This document shows positions 36,490-48,180 of a DNA stretch of 64,000 bases, one piece after another. The position numbers and the translations under genes were made by a program. Source of the stretch: Chiloscyllium plagiosum. Lineage: Eukaryota. Each line of letters opens with the position of its first letter. The first letter of the stretch is position 1. The notes below the pieces were generated by a model, which saw nothing but the letters and a program-made list of their open reading frames with translations, searched no databases and was not told the origin of the DNA. The DNA is taken from positions 759,581 to 823,580 of the forward strand of contig NC_057755.1 of NCBI RefSeq assembly GCF_004010195.1. The letters run 5' to 3'.

Positions 36490-38750
36490 GAGCCCATCTT
36501 TCTTCTCTTCCCATCAAAGGGATGTTGCCTCCTTTCTTTCTGTGCATCTTTCTGTTTGTCTTGGTAACTGGTCCTTTCTTCCTCTCTCACTTACTTTCCA
36601 CCTCCATCTAGGACTTTCTCTCTCTCTCAGTTTCTCGCTGTTAGTCTTTCTCTCTCTCAGTTTTACTCAGCCTCTCTCTCTGTGTCTCAATCTCTCTGCC
36701 ACTCTCTGTTGTTACCTCGGAAATTCTTAGACCATATGGAAGTTAAAAGTAAACACTTTATTGCATTTAAGCCGGAGAGAGATCAATAGTTAATAATACC
36801 GGGTATCAATGACAGATATCCCTGAATATGATAATAATAGGTCTCTTATTCTTAGTAGAGGTAACATAATGTATACCCTTTACACGCTTAATAACCTCGT
36901 TTTTCTCCAATTCCCACCATATAATGTTTCTTGTTTTAATTCGGTTCTCAGTAGATAATTAATGCATTAAATGTTGTTCACATAGGTTAAATAAAGCCAT
37001 TAACGTGATGATTTTTACGCCACTGCAGATAATATCTCGGTTACAATCAACATTTTCGTCATTACATTGTAGCAACTGTCTGAGAAAGAGACTGCTGCTA
37101 GTTTAAACCAAGTGTATGCATTCCCTATTCTTCACTTCTTTAAAAGTCAAGGTATCATTACAAAATGGCGACTTGCAAAATGGAGTATTTTCCTCTGATT
37201 TCTGCATTTCTTTCTCACTGTCTCTGTCTCCATCTCTCCCTTTCTTCTCGTTTTCTTGCTCTGTATCTTTCCCTATCTTCTCATTTTCTCGCTCTCCATC
37301 TCTCTCTCTCTGTTTTTCTCTCTCGATTTGTTTCCTCAGTCTCACTCCGTCTATCTCTTTCTCTCTCGTTCCTTCTCTTTTTGAGTCTCTATCTTCCTCC
37401 ACTTATCTATCCCTTTCTCTATTATTTTATCTCCTATTCTGTCTGTCTGTCTCCCTCTGTTTGCCTCTCTGTCGATATAATTCCCTCTCTCACACACACA
37501 CAAACACTTATCATCTCGCTGTCGAATTCTCTGCCTCTCCCTCCCTTTCTCTTTCTCTTACACTCTCTAAGTCAGACACTCGTTGACTGAGATCAGCATA
37601 TGCTGATGTGCATTGACACATTTCCCTTCCTCATCTCTTCATTCACTGATTCTCCTGCAAGAAGTGATTTTGCAAAAGAAAACAAACTGCACAGACACTG
37701 CCAGCAATACCTTGACACAATATTTACAGTTCTGTAAATGCATTCTCTGTCCAGCTGCGAAACATTGTTTGCCTCCCCGTTTCTATTCCTGTGGCTGTGG
37801 AGGAATGTGTGTATTTCTCTTTCAGTGTGTGAGTTTCTCTGTGTCTGCGTATGTTTGTGATGCATTGCCTTTGTGTGGATGTTCCTGCATGTTGAAGTCT
37901 TCTCTGTTTTTTATCTTTTCATACGCCCTTGTGACAAAGTATGAGCATTTTTCTGCATTTGTGCGTGAGTTTGTTTTTTGATGCGTTTTGGTTACGACAT
38001 ACTGTGGTCTTTATGTATTTGGATATATTATTCAGTCTGCACGAGTGTTTCTTTGACAGACAGTGTTTTGCGTGGATATCTGTTAATGTGCCTGTGCAAT
38101 TGGTGCCTGTGTGTGTTTTGGAGATGTGTGTTTGTACTCTTTTTGTCGATGTGCTGTCTTTATGTCTGTGTTGTTCCACATTTATGGTTTTGTATGTGTC
38201 TGTGTCTATCTGTGTCTGCATGTGTGTACATGTGCATGTGTCACTGTCAATATGTCATGATATTTCTATAACCTTGTGTGTGTGTGTGCCGGGTGTATTG
38301 CTGTAGTGCAGGGTGTTTCATTGCCTGGCTGTGTTCCTGATCAAGTAGATGAGTGTATGGCTAAGACTGTGGTTAGCTGTCTGTCTGTGTGTTCAGATCT
38401 TTCTGTGTCCAAGCAGGATCTCTCCGTGCCTCTGTATGTGTGTGTTTGGATTTGTTTATAACTGTCGCTCTATGACAGTATCTACTTTTGTGTATAGTTC
38501 TGTAACTGTATTTGGGTGTGGCCATGTGAGTGTATCACAATATTTCTGTAAGTCCTTGCACATTGGTGTCTAATGTCTCTTAATGTGATTTCATTTCCAG
38601 ACATTAGGATGCCTGAATGATTCATTGTCTCTGTATAGATGGTTTCCTCTATCAAAGAATGACTGTACTTCTATGTGTGCGAATGTATATGCGTTCCCGT
38701 TGTGTGCATAAGTTCATTTCTGTAACTCCCATTATGAATTGCTTTCTGTC
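36490..38750. repeat. Low-complexity tracts: CT-rich (36490-36720, 37190-37590) and TG-rich (37790-38750)
   Basis: Degenerate (CT)n and (TG)n composition is directly visible. Confidence 0.85.
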
Positions 38751-38754
38751 TGCA

Positions 38755-39484
38755 TGTATGAAGTTGTAGGTCTACTGTGTCTATAAGGGATCTGAAAGGC
38801 TGACAAGGACTTAGTGAAGACTTTTCCAGTGTACTGGAAAATGGAAAATGTAACACTGTGTCAAACAGCTGGCTGTTGCTATGATACAAAAACAAATTGA
38901 AATTCGAATTCAGTTTAAGTTATGCCTCAAAATAACAAATTCCAATCAAGTTTGAATGCAGTATTTTGATAATGTTCAAACCAATTAAATGATTCAATGT
39001 TTCACGGTTTAAGTATCAGACAGTTTGAACGGTTAGTCAGAGTGGCAAAAGGCAGCAAGCCACCAACTAGCACAGATTGCCAAAAGAACTGCTCTCCAAA
39101 GGGTAACTTCATCTATCAAAGTCCCGTGTAGCACAATCCCTAAGAAGCAGAAAAGAAGACAAAAATAATCTACTGAGGAAACTCAGCAAAGCTGATTGGT
39201 TTTGAAATGTGATTTTGTTTTAAATCGAAAGCGGGACATTTTTTTTTTATCAGACCAGTATTGTAGACAGTGTGGTAAATGATAGGTTAAAGAGAAAGGT
39301 GTTGTAAATTGTTGTCAGTTAATATTTTCTGTTCGATTTAAAGAATAAAATTGTTATTTTTTACATCAAATACTGACTTTCGGGATAGTAATTTGTCTTT
39401 CAAATTTTAACAGATTACAGCACGGGGTGAATCTTTTCTGTGTTGCTAGTTTAAATCAGCAGAAGTGTTTACCCGATTTCACAT
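38755..39484 (+). repeat. 5' LTR
   Basis: Aligns along its length with 45568-46253, sharing e.g. caatcaagtttgaat, gaagcagaaaagaa and gctgattggttttgaaa. Confidence 0.85.
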
Positions 39485-39489
39485 CGGTT

Positions 39490-39507
39490 TGGGCACTCGT
39501 CCGGGAT
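39490..39507 (+). promoter_or_regulatory. Primer-binding site complementary to the tRNA-Pro 3' end
   Basis: tgggcactcgtccgggat matches the canonical PBS-Pro tgggggctcgtccgggat at 16/18 positions, just 3' of the LTR. Confidence 0.88.
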
Positions 39508-41356
39508 TTGAGTAGTTAGGGTCTCGGATTAGTGGTCCGAACAGGTTTAGATAGATCAAGTCTGAGGTTTGGACAGATTTGTGGTTTGGACAGATGTGTA
39601 TTTTCGCAGAGTACAGCACGTGGTAGAACATTTCTGTGTTTTTAGTTTAAAGTAGCGGAGGTTTGCCCCTTTTGGGGAATTTCGTCCGAGATTTGAACAA
39701 TGTTAGACAGATTTGATTAGATTTGGGGTACGAAAAAGCCGAGGAGATTTCAAAACTTGCAGATTAGTGCCCTAGATCTTTAAATAAAATGTAGGTGAGG
39801 CAATTTTTTTAACTTCGATGATTTGTGGTTGATTAAATTACAAGTGAAAGAAATCGCTCTGAAAATTGCTAAAGAGCTTCTGTGATTTGAAGGTCTTCCT
39901 CAAAGTTGCCAAGAAAGTTTAAAAGGAAAGGAGATGGCCATAACTTCAGAATTAGCAAGAAGTTGGAGTTGGGTTTAAACAAGGAAAAAAGAAAAGCTGT
40001 AATTGTAAATGAATTATTCAAACATGGAGAAACAGACAGTGCAGTGGAAAAACGTAAATAAGAATTGAGGAAAATGGATTTAGAAGATACACGAAGGGTA
40101 GAGAAAGTGAAAGAGAGAGACGAGAGAAAAGAGACAGAGAGGAAAGAGAGAGAGAGGAAAGAGAGAGAGAGAAGATATTTAGCTAAGCAAAGAGAGATTG
40201 AAGAAAAAGAGAAACAAAGAGAGAGAATTTGAACTTGAGAAGTTGTGCCTTGGTCAGCAAAATCAAGTTAACAGGATTGGGATGAAAAGAGAAGTAAGTG
40301 ATACATACAAATATGTTAAATCTCTGCAGCATTTTGATGAGAAAGATGTTGAAGCCTTGTTTATGTAGTTTTTAAAAATGGCTAGTGAGGTAGAGTGGTC
40401 TGAAGATTTCTGGGTAATACTAGTTCGGACTAAAATGGTAGGCAGAGCTAGTGAGGCAATTGCAACGCTCTCAGATGAAGGGTCAAGATATTATGAAGAC
40501 GTCAAACAGTTTACTTTAGGTACATAGGAATTGGTTCCAGATACATATAGACAGCGGTTGATAAACATAAAGAAGGAACCAGGTCAGACCTATGTTGAGT
40601 TCAAAAGAATTAAACATCATCAGTTTGATAGATGGGAGCGTGCTTTAAAGAATGACAGAACTTTTGGGGCTCGAAGAGAGATTATACTCCTGCTCGAAGG
40701 AGGAGTTTAAAACCTCACTACCAGAGTTGGTAAGAATTCACGTTGGGGAAACAGAACGTTCAGGAAGTAAGAAGGGCAGAAGGATTAGCAGATGAATACA
40801 GTTTGGTGCATAAGTCAAGCTTTCGGCCAGACTTTAATCCTGTGAGTGATAGAAGTTGGGGAAAAAAGAGGTGACCCTACGGTACGAAACAATGAGGAAA
40901 GAACACTGGTAACAGTTTAACAACAGATTAAATAAAAGAAGTCCACGAGGTTGGAAAGCGGGTGAAAGGCCTCAGGTCTTTCCACTGAGGTAAAGTGAGT
41001 TACTAATGCTTACAGTGCCGGTAATTATAGAAAGGCACAGTGGGGTAAGATGTGGTAAAAGAAGTTAAGCCAGTGTCATTAATGAAGGTAGTAAAGTAAA
41101 CCCCAAGAAGAGTCATTGAGTGGCAGGAACGTGCACTGCTGAGGCACTGTCTGGGTATGAAGTTAGTACCTGATCTCTACAAAGAAATCGGACCTGTGGG
41201 TAAAGTTCATTCAGAAAATAAACAGAGGGAGAATGACTAGAATTTACACTTTTTAGAGATACAGGCTCTAACCAGTAGCTGATAAAAAAAAAATGAGCGA
41301 ATTTGCACTCTTTCTAATCTGTTACCCGAGAGTGTTGTAATTGGTGGAATAGATTA

Positions 41357-41705
41357 AAATCGAACCTGTATCCCTGGTGCTGTGAGGCAACGGTGCTAAC
41401 CACTGAGGCACCGTGCCACCCCAAATTTCCGGGCTTCAGGGATAGGGTAGGTCGCACTTTGGAGGGACATTGCAGTCTGCTTGCACACTAGAAACCCTAC
41501 ATTGTGCACAATCAATCAGCACTTTCCCACGAATAAGCTCTATAGGCAAATTAGAACAGCCAATTTATCTAACCTGCAATCTGGGAGGAAACCCACGAAG
41601 ACACTGGGAGAATGTGCAAATGGCACACAACCAATGGCCTGAAGTCGGAATCGAACCGCGGTTTGTGGCACTGCGAGGCAGTAGACCTAACCACTGTGCC
41701 ACCGA
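41357..41705 (-). mobile_element. HE1-type SINE pieces nested in the Gypsy protease region
   Basis: Two antisense heads (ctaaccactgaggcaccgtgccaccc at ~41396; ctaaccactgtgccacc at ~41687) and V-domain (gggaggaaacccacgaagacactgggagaatgtgcaaa). Confidence 0.8.
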
Positions 41706-43039
41706 TGTAATATCGCACATACAAGATCTGGTTGAGTCCCAATTCAAGACTGGGGAATATCAGTGGGAGGGATTGAGAGAGTGTCAATCCGTTTGTTCTT
41801 GGGAACGATTTAACAGGGTCCAAGGTGGGAATAACACTCCTTGTTGTGGAGAAGCCCAAAGTAGACCAAGAAAATGAGGAATTAAAACAGAAATAACAGG
41901 TATTTTTCCAGACTGTGTGGTAATCAGATCCCACTTTCATAAGTCACAGCATGAAGCAAAATCTAAAGAGAAAGATGAAATCTTTGAGGTTCAGTTACAG
42001 GACACCCTGCTTGACGTAGTGGTGCGGGAAAGACCTGAACAGGTGGATGGTCAGACAGAAATGTTTCGTCCTGGTACGTTAAGGGACATACATCAAAAAT
42101 TCAAGATATTAACAGATATATATGTGGATGCGTACACCAAACAGGAGGCAGAGAGTATTCCTGAAGTTTATTATGTGAAAGGTAGAACCCTCAGACGGAA
42201 ATGGAGACCACGGCAATTTCGTGCAGAGGAGAAATGGGCCGAAGTGCACCAGATTGTTTTGCCGGTAACATACAGACAGGACGTGTTACGTGTAGCACAA
42301 TAACTCCATGTAGGAGGTCACGTAGGCGTACAAAAGTCTCCGGCTAAGATACCAAAACATGTTTATTGGCATGGAATGAACAAGGGAGTTTTTAACGTTT
42401 GCCATATGTATCATATAAGCCAAATTGTAGGTTAGGGAGAGGGTGAAATAAAACCAGCTAATTCCCATATTTGAAGAAAGTTTCATGCGGGTTACAATTA
42501 ATTGCGTCAGTCCTCACGCAAGAACTAAGAGTGGGAACCAGTACTTTTTACACGTAATGGCTGTTTCTGCCTGATTTCCGGAGCCAATTCCGTTACGGAG
42601 TAGCAAGGCAAAAAAGGTAGTAGAGAAGTTGGTAGCTTTCTTCACAAGGTATGGGCTACCCAGAGAGATTTAGTTGGACCAAGGCTCAAATTTTATTGCT
42701 AGGCTGTTTAATGATGTTATGGATATCTTAAGTCTACAGCATTTTAAATGCAGTGTGTATCGTCCTGAATCCCAGGGTGTTTAAGAAATATTGCATCGGA
42801 CCCTGAGACCATATTGAGAGCATACTGTCCAGACTAGCTGAATGGTTGGCATAAAGGTATCACATTCATACTGTTTGCCATTTGAGATGCCCAATCAAAT
42901 CTACTCAGTTCAGTACCTCCGATTTAACATTCGGACTGAAGTGAAATGTCCGAAAAAATTAATTAGAGATAAAATGACAGGAATTTAGAAAATGACACCA
43001 AGTTTGACTTCGGGCATAGTTACGGTTATGTGCCATGTA

Positions 43040-44417
43040 TTATAGACAAGTGAGCCTTACTTCTGTTGTAGGAAAGGTTCTGCAAAGGATTATAAGAGAT
43101 AATGTTTATAATCATCTAGCAAACAGCAATTTGATTTCAGATAGTCAACATGGTTTCTTCAGAGTAGGTCGAGTCTCACAAACATCATTGAGTTTTTTTG
43201 AGAAGGTGACCAAGCATGTAGATGAGGGTAGAGCAGTTGACGTGGTATACATGGACTTCAGTAAAACGTTTGAAAAGGTTCCACATTGTAGGCTGTTGGT
43301 GAAAATGCACAGTCATGGAATTGAAAGTGATTTAGCAGTTTGGATTAGAAACTAGCTTTCTAAAAGAAGGCAGCGAGTGGTGGATTGATAGACAATATTC
43401 AGCCTGGAGTCCCGTTACTAGTGGTGTGCCACAAGGATCTGTTTTGGGACCAGTGCTGCTTTTTTCATTTTTATAAGTGACTTAGACGTAGGGATAGGTG
43501 GATGAATTAGAAAATTTGCAGACGACACTAACGTTGGTGGAGTAGTGGACAGTGTGGAAGAGAGTTACAGGTTGCAGGGGTACTTGGACAAACTGTAGAA
43601 TTGGACTGAGATGTAGCAAATGGAGTTCAATGCAGCTAAATGTGAGGTGATGCACTTTGGGAAGAATAACAGAAGGCAGAGTACTGGGTCAGTGGAAAGA
43701 TTCTTGGTAGTGTGAATGCACAGCGGGATCTTGAAGTCGCTGTACATAAATCCCTAAAAGTTGCCACCTAATGGATAGTGCTGTTATGAAGGCATACAGT
43801 GTGTTAGGTTTCAATGGTAGAGGGATTGAGTTCCTGAGCCGCAATATCATGCTGCAACTATCCAAAACGCTGGTGCGGCCATACTTGGAATATTGTGTAC
43901 AGTTCTGGTCTCAATATTTCGGGAAGGATGTGGAAGTATTGGAAAAGGTGCAGAGGAGATTTACCAGATGCTGCCTGGTCTAGAGGGAAGGTCTTATCAG
44001 GAAAGGTTGAGAGACTTGAACCTCTTCTCATTGGCAAGAAGAAGGCTATGAGGGGATTTGATAGAGACATACAAGATGATCAGGGGACTGGATAGAGGAG
44101 TCAGTGAAAGTCTTTTTCCTTGGATTACTACTGCAGCGTGAACGAGAGGGCCTAACTGCAAATTGCGGGGTGATAGATTAAAGACAGATGTCAGAGGCAG
44201 GTTCTTTACGCAGAGAGTGCCAAGGGCGTGGAATGAACGACCTGCTCATATAGTCAACTAAGCCACATGAGGGAGATTTAAACAATCCTTCGATAAGCAC
44301 ATGGATGACTTTGGGATAGTGTCGGGGGACGACCTGAGAATAGTTCAGAGGTTAGCGTAACATCGAGGGCCGAAGGGCCTGTTCTGCGTTGTATTGTTCT
44401 ATGTTCTATGTTCTATG
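43040..44417 (+). mobile_element. 5'-truncated CR1 (same family as copy B) nested in the Gypsy RT
   Basis: YRQVSLTSVVGK..SQHGF..VDVVYMDFSK..RPYLEYCVQFWS. It ends in ttctatgttctatgttctatg, and the 3'UTR matches 3011-3170 reverse-complemented. Confidence 0.93.
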
Positions 44418-45408
44418 TACCTTTATCAGAGGTGGTGAAAGAAATTTCTGCGTTTGTCACCTGAAGTGGGTATATCAACTCAAAGTGATGCACTTCGGAA
44501 AGAATAACACACCCGCCGGATCCTAAGGACTCCTGAAACAAGTTGTGGCGGGGTTAACAAACTGTACAGTGTATTTGGATGATGTAATGATCTTTAATAA
44601 GTTCGAGAACGATCACATGCTTCAGTTGGCAGAGCTTTTCGAACGACTACGAGAAATAAAGCTGGTAACAAACTTAAACAAATCCCAAGTGCAAAAGCAC
44701 AGGTGAAGTTCTTGGGTCCTAACATCGATATGGAAGGTTGACCCCACGGAACGCAACGATGAAGTCCATCGATGAATTTCCACGAGCAATCTCGGAGAAA
44801 GATGTGCTTCAGTTCTTCGGTCTCAGCGGATTCTATCAGAAGTTTGTTCCCTGTTTTTACAGTGTAATTTTACTGTTAACCAATTTCGTGACGAAGAACA
44901 CAAAGTTTCGGGAGTCAAAACAACGCCAGTAGGCATTCGACCATTTGAAAGTAGTATTGATAACCAACCAGTTTTAGCTACAGCAAACATTTCGAATCTT
45001 ATTAACATTGTCGTCAATGCTGGTGACATAGGCGTTGGAGCTGTATTGCTGCAGGATGTTGATGATGGGTTTGAACTGTCAGTTGGTTACTTTTCAAAGA
45101 AACTCAACATCCACCCGAGGAAATACGTCAAAATCCGGAAAGAAGTATTGAGTTTGGTGCACGCATAACAACATTTTAATGTGTATGTCATGAACAATGT
45201 GTCGGAAATGATTATGTACATACATCAAAATCCATTTGCTTTCTTATAACGCTTTAATGAGAATAATATGAGACTATGTCATTGGAGTCGTATTTGCAGA
45301 CATTTAGTTTAAGATGTATACATGCTGCGGGTCTGAAGAATGTCATTGAAGATTCATTATCGCAGATTTAACGGATAAAATTTAGATTAGATTTGCATTT
45401 ATACAATG

Positions 45409-45412
<4 letters not shown>

Positions 45413-45455
<43 letters not shown>
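45413..45455. repeat. (TA)n microsatellite
   Basis: Directly visible. Confidence 0.97.
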
Positions 45456-45456
<1 letters not shown>

Positions 45457-45567
45457 CAGTTAAAATGAACTTTGATTTCAGTTATCTGTATGTTACGTTC
45501 ATGTGTTTAAAGCATCGAAAATAGAAGGCATCTTTTGTTTATGATGGACTTTTTTCTAAAGGGGAGG

Positions 45568-46253
45568 TGTTTTGACGTTGTGGATACATTATACCTTCAA
45601 TAGAGTTGAGGTTGGCAAGGACTTATCAAGCACACAGAGTGCTGTAAGATTTAAAATGTACCCTTTGGTCGAACAGCTGGCAGTGGATGTGTTGCTGAGA
45701 CAGAAACAAATTCCAATTATGCCCAGCATAGCAAACTCAATCAAGTTTGAATTTAGTATTTTGACAATATTAAAATCAATTAAATGATGCGATGTTTCGG
45801 GGTATACATATCAGATAGTTTGCACAGTTAGCCAGAGTGTCAAAGAGCAGCAAGCCACCAACTAGTACAGACCGCCAGCGGAACTGCTTTCTAAAAGGTA
45901 CCTTTGTCTAGCAAACTCCTGCGAAGCAGAATCCCTGAGAAGCAGAAAAGAAAACAGAAAAATCTACAGAGGAAACTCGGTAAGGCTGATTGGTTTTGAA
46001 ACTTTTTTTTTCAAAATTGTAATCGGACTTTTTAATCAGATCAACATTGTAGAAGCGGAGATAAAACATAGGCTTAAGAGGAAGGAATAGTAAATAGTTA
46101 TTAGTTAATATTCTCTGTTAGATATAAAGAATAACGTTGTTAATTTTTACTTAATGTAGTGACTTTTGGGATAATTCTCTGCCTACCAAATTTTAAAGTA
46201 TTTTAGCACGAGGTGAATCTTTCGATGTTGCTGGTTTACCTCGTGTCATAACA
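45568..46253 (+). repeat. 3' LTR preceded by a polypurine tract (aaaggggagg, 45558-45567)
   Basis: TG...CA ends with a short imperfect terminal inverted repeat, tgttttgac / gtcataaca. Confidence 0.9.
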
Positions 46254-46400
46254 GTGTGTGAGTGTGCGCCCATACTTCACTGCGTGTGAGGGAGATGACG
46301 GTGGTCGTGTGAATTTGATATATTTCTGTTTCTGTTTCCGTCTCATTCTTTTCATGCTTGCTTATTGGGTTGTCTTCTGTCTTTGATCACTGACTCTGGC

Positions 46401-46694
46401 ATTAGCTTACTTACAGTGTGGAAACAGGCCCTTCGGCCCAACACGTCCACACTGAACCGCCGAAGCGCAACCCACCCATACCCCTGCATTTACCCCTTAC
46501 CTAACACTACGGGCAATTTACCTGACCTGCACATCTTTGGACTGTGGGAGGAAACCGAAGCACCCGGAGGAAACCCACGCCGACACGGGGAGAAGGTGCA
46601 AACTCCACACAGTCAGTCGCCTGAGGCGGGAATTGAACCCGGGTCTCTGGCGCTGTGAGGCAGCAGTGCTAACCACTGTGCCACTGTGCCGCCC
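46401..46694 (-). mobile_element. HE1-type V-SINE, full length
   Basis: Reverse complement of head, V-domain and tail as in the 30565 copy. Confidence 0.93.
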
Positions 46695-46696
46695 AC

Positions 46697-48180
46697 TCCT
46701 GTTCAGCTAACTGCTTTGTCATTCTCTATTTAGCTCTCTCACTCCCTTTTTTTTTAAAATAGGGCAGTTACTCTTACTATCCTCCAAGTCATCAGAATTG
46801 TTCCAGATTCCACAGAATTTTGCAAGATGATTATCAGAATCCAAAATTTCCCAGGGCACTATCTTTAGCACTATGGGGTAGGAAAGTATTACGCCCTAGT
46901 GATTTGTCAGCATTTAGACCCATTAATTTCTCCAATTTTTTTTTCATAATGGATTTCCTTGAATTCCACCCTTTAACTAAAGCCTTGGCTAGGGAATATT
47001 TCTGAGAGGTCATTTGTGAAGAAAGAACCGCAATACATGGTCAATTTTTCTACGATTACTTTTGTCCCTTCCTTTTACAATTTCACATATATATGATTTT
47101 CATTGATTCACATTTGACATCACAAATCATTTTTATTTTCTTCACATATCTTCACAAATCTTTACAGTCACTTTTTAAATTTTCCTTGCAATTTTATTCT
47201 CACGTTAGATTTTTCCAGTCTTGACCAATCTTTTCGTCTTTTCCTTCTGAACTCTTAACTTTTCCCAGAACCCAGGCTTGACAATTTGTTTCTAACCACT
47301 TTATCCATCTCCTCCTTGAATCCAATAGTATTCCTAATTTCTGCTGCAAACCATAGATGAGACATTGTTCCTTTCTTTAACTTCAAAAATATAGGTTATT
47401 CCAAAAGAACTTCATATGTAGATGCTGAAGCACTTCGTATGTTTTTTACAGTAACATGTAAAGTAACAAAAAAACGATATTGACTCAATCCAGGAAACAA
47501 ACCAAAGGCATATAATTACTTACACAAGATGACATGCACACTCAATTGAGGCATCAGGAGGGTCGGATAACTAAACAGACGCCAATTTAACTCCAGCATA
47601 ATGGATCGGAAATTCGTACTTCCCTATTCTGCTTTGGCTGAAACAGCCCGAGCTTTGCTGCATCCCTGAGCACGTGGTCCTGAACTTTGTGACAGTCTGC
47701 CACATTTGTTCAAGGTCAACTCCTTGCTCTGGTAGCCCAATCAATTATAAGCAGAGCAATGTGCGTCTTTCACCGAGCTGTTAGTCCTCAAGGCATTAGT
47801 GATGGTTTCTTGACCTGTCTCGAAGGTCAGAGACCGAACAACACAGAATCGTGCGCCACGGAGATGCTCCAAACGCACTTCAAACAAAAGAAAGAATGGT
47901 AGATTATTCGAGAATTCCTTTGCAAAAGCACATTGCAGCAGGCAATGTGTGACAGTCTCTGTGCTCATGCAGCCACTTCGACGACAGAGTGAGCTGGTGG
48001 GAAGAGTGCAGGTGGACATGAAGGACCTCACAAGTAATCCCCTTCTCACCACCAGACAAGTCATGTCTTGGTGCTTGTTGGAAAGTTCTGAAGATGAATG
48101 TTTCTGCCAAATGACTTTGACATTTGCCTGTTGTATTGCTGCGTCAATACTTATTGCATTTCATATCCACGTTTCTTAAG
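46697..48180 (+). repeat. Direct segmental duplication, copy 2 (CR1 remnant plus Tx1 3' end at 47370-48140 on -)
   Basis: Collinear with 26400-28400. The Tx1 motif reads LVVRRGLLVRSFM..CRRSGC..ETVTHCLLQCAFAKEF. Confidence 0.85.

Larger units (their letters stand above)
38755..46253 (+). mobile_element. Ty3/Gypsy LTR retrotransposon, Gmr1-type order (gag-PR-IN-RT-RH), decayed
   Basis: Two homologous LTRs, a PBS and a PPT are present. gag: FDEKDVEALF..KMASEVEW..ELVPDTYRQR (~40330-40560). PR: LRDTGS (~41253). IN: GHVG..HVYWHGM..RTKSGNQY..RYGLPREI.LDQGSNF (42300-42950). RT: VYLDDV (~44570). RNase H: GVGAVLLQ..VGYFSKKL (~45030-45110). Confidence 0.93.

Noticed and set aside
37103..38573. Several 100-156 aa ORFs rich in S/L/C/V
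   Set aside because: They arise from CT- and TG-rich low-complexity DNA that is poor in stop codons.
43035..44419. atgta as TSD of the nested CR1
   Set aside because: The 5-mer overlaps the (ttctatg)n tail and Gypsy RT sequence is missing at the site, so it may be coincidental.
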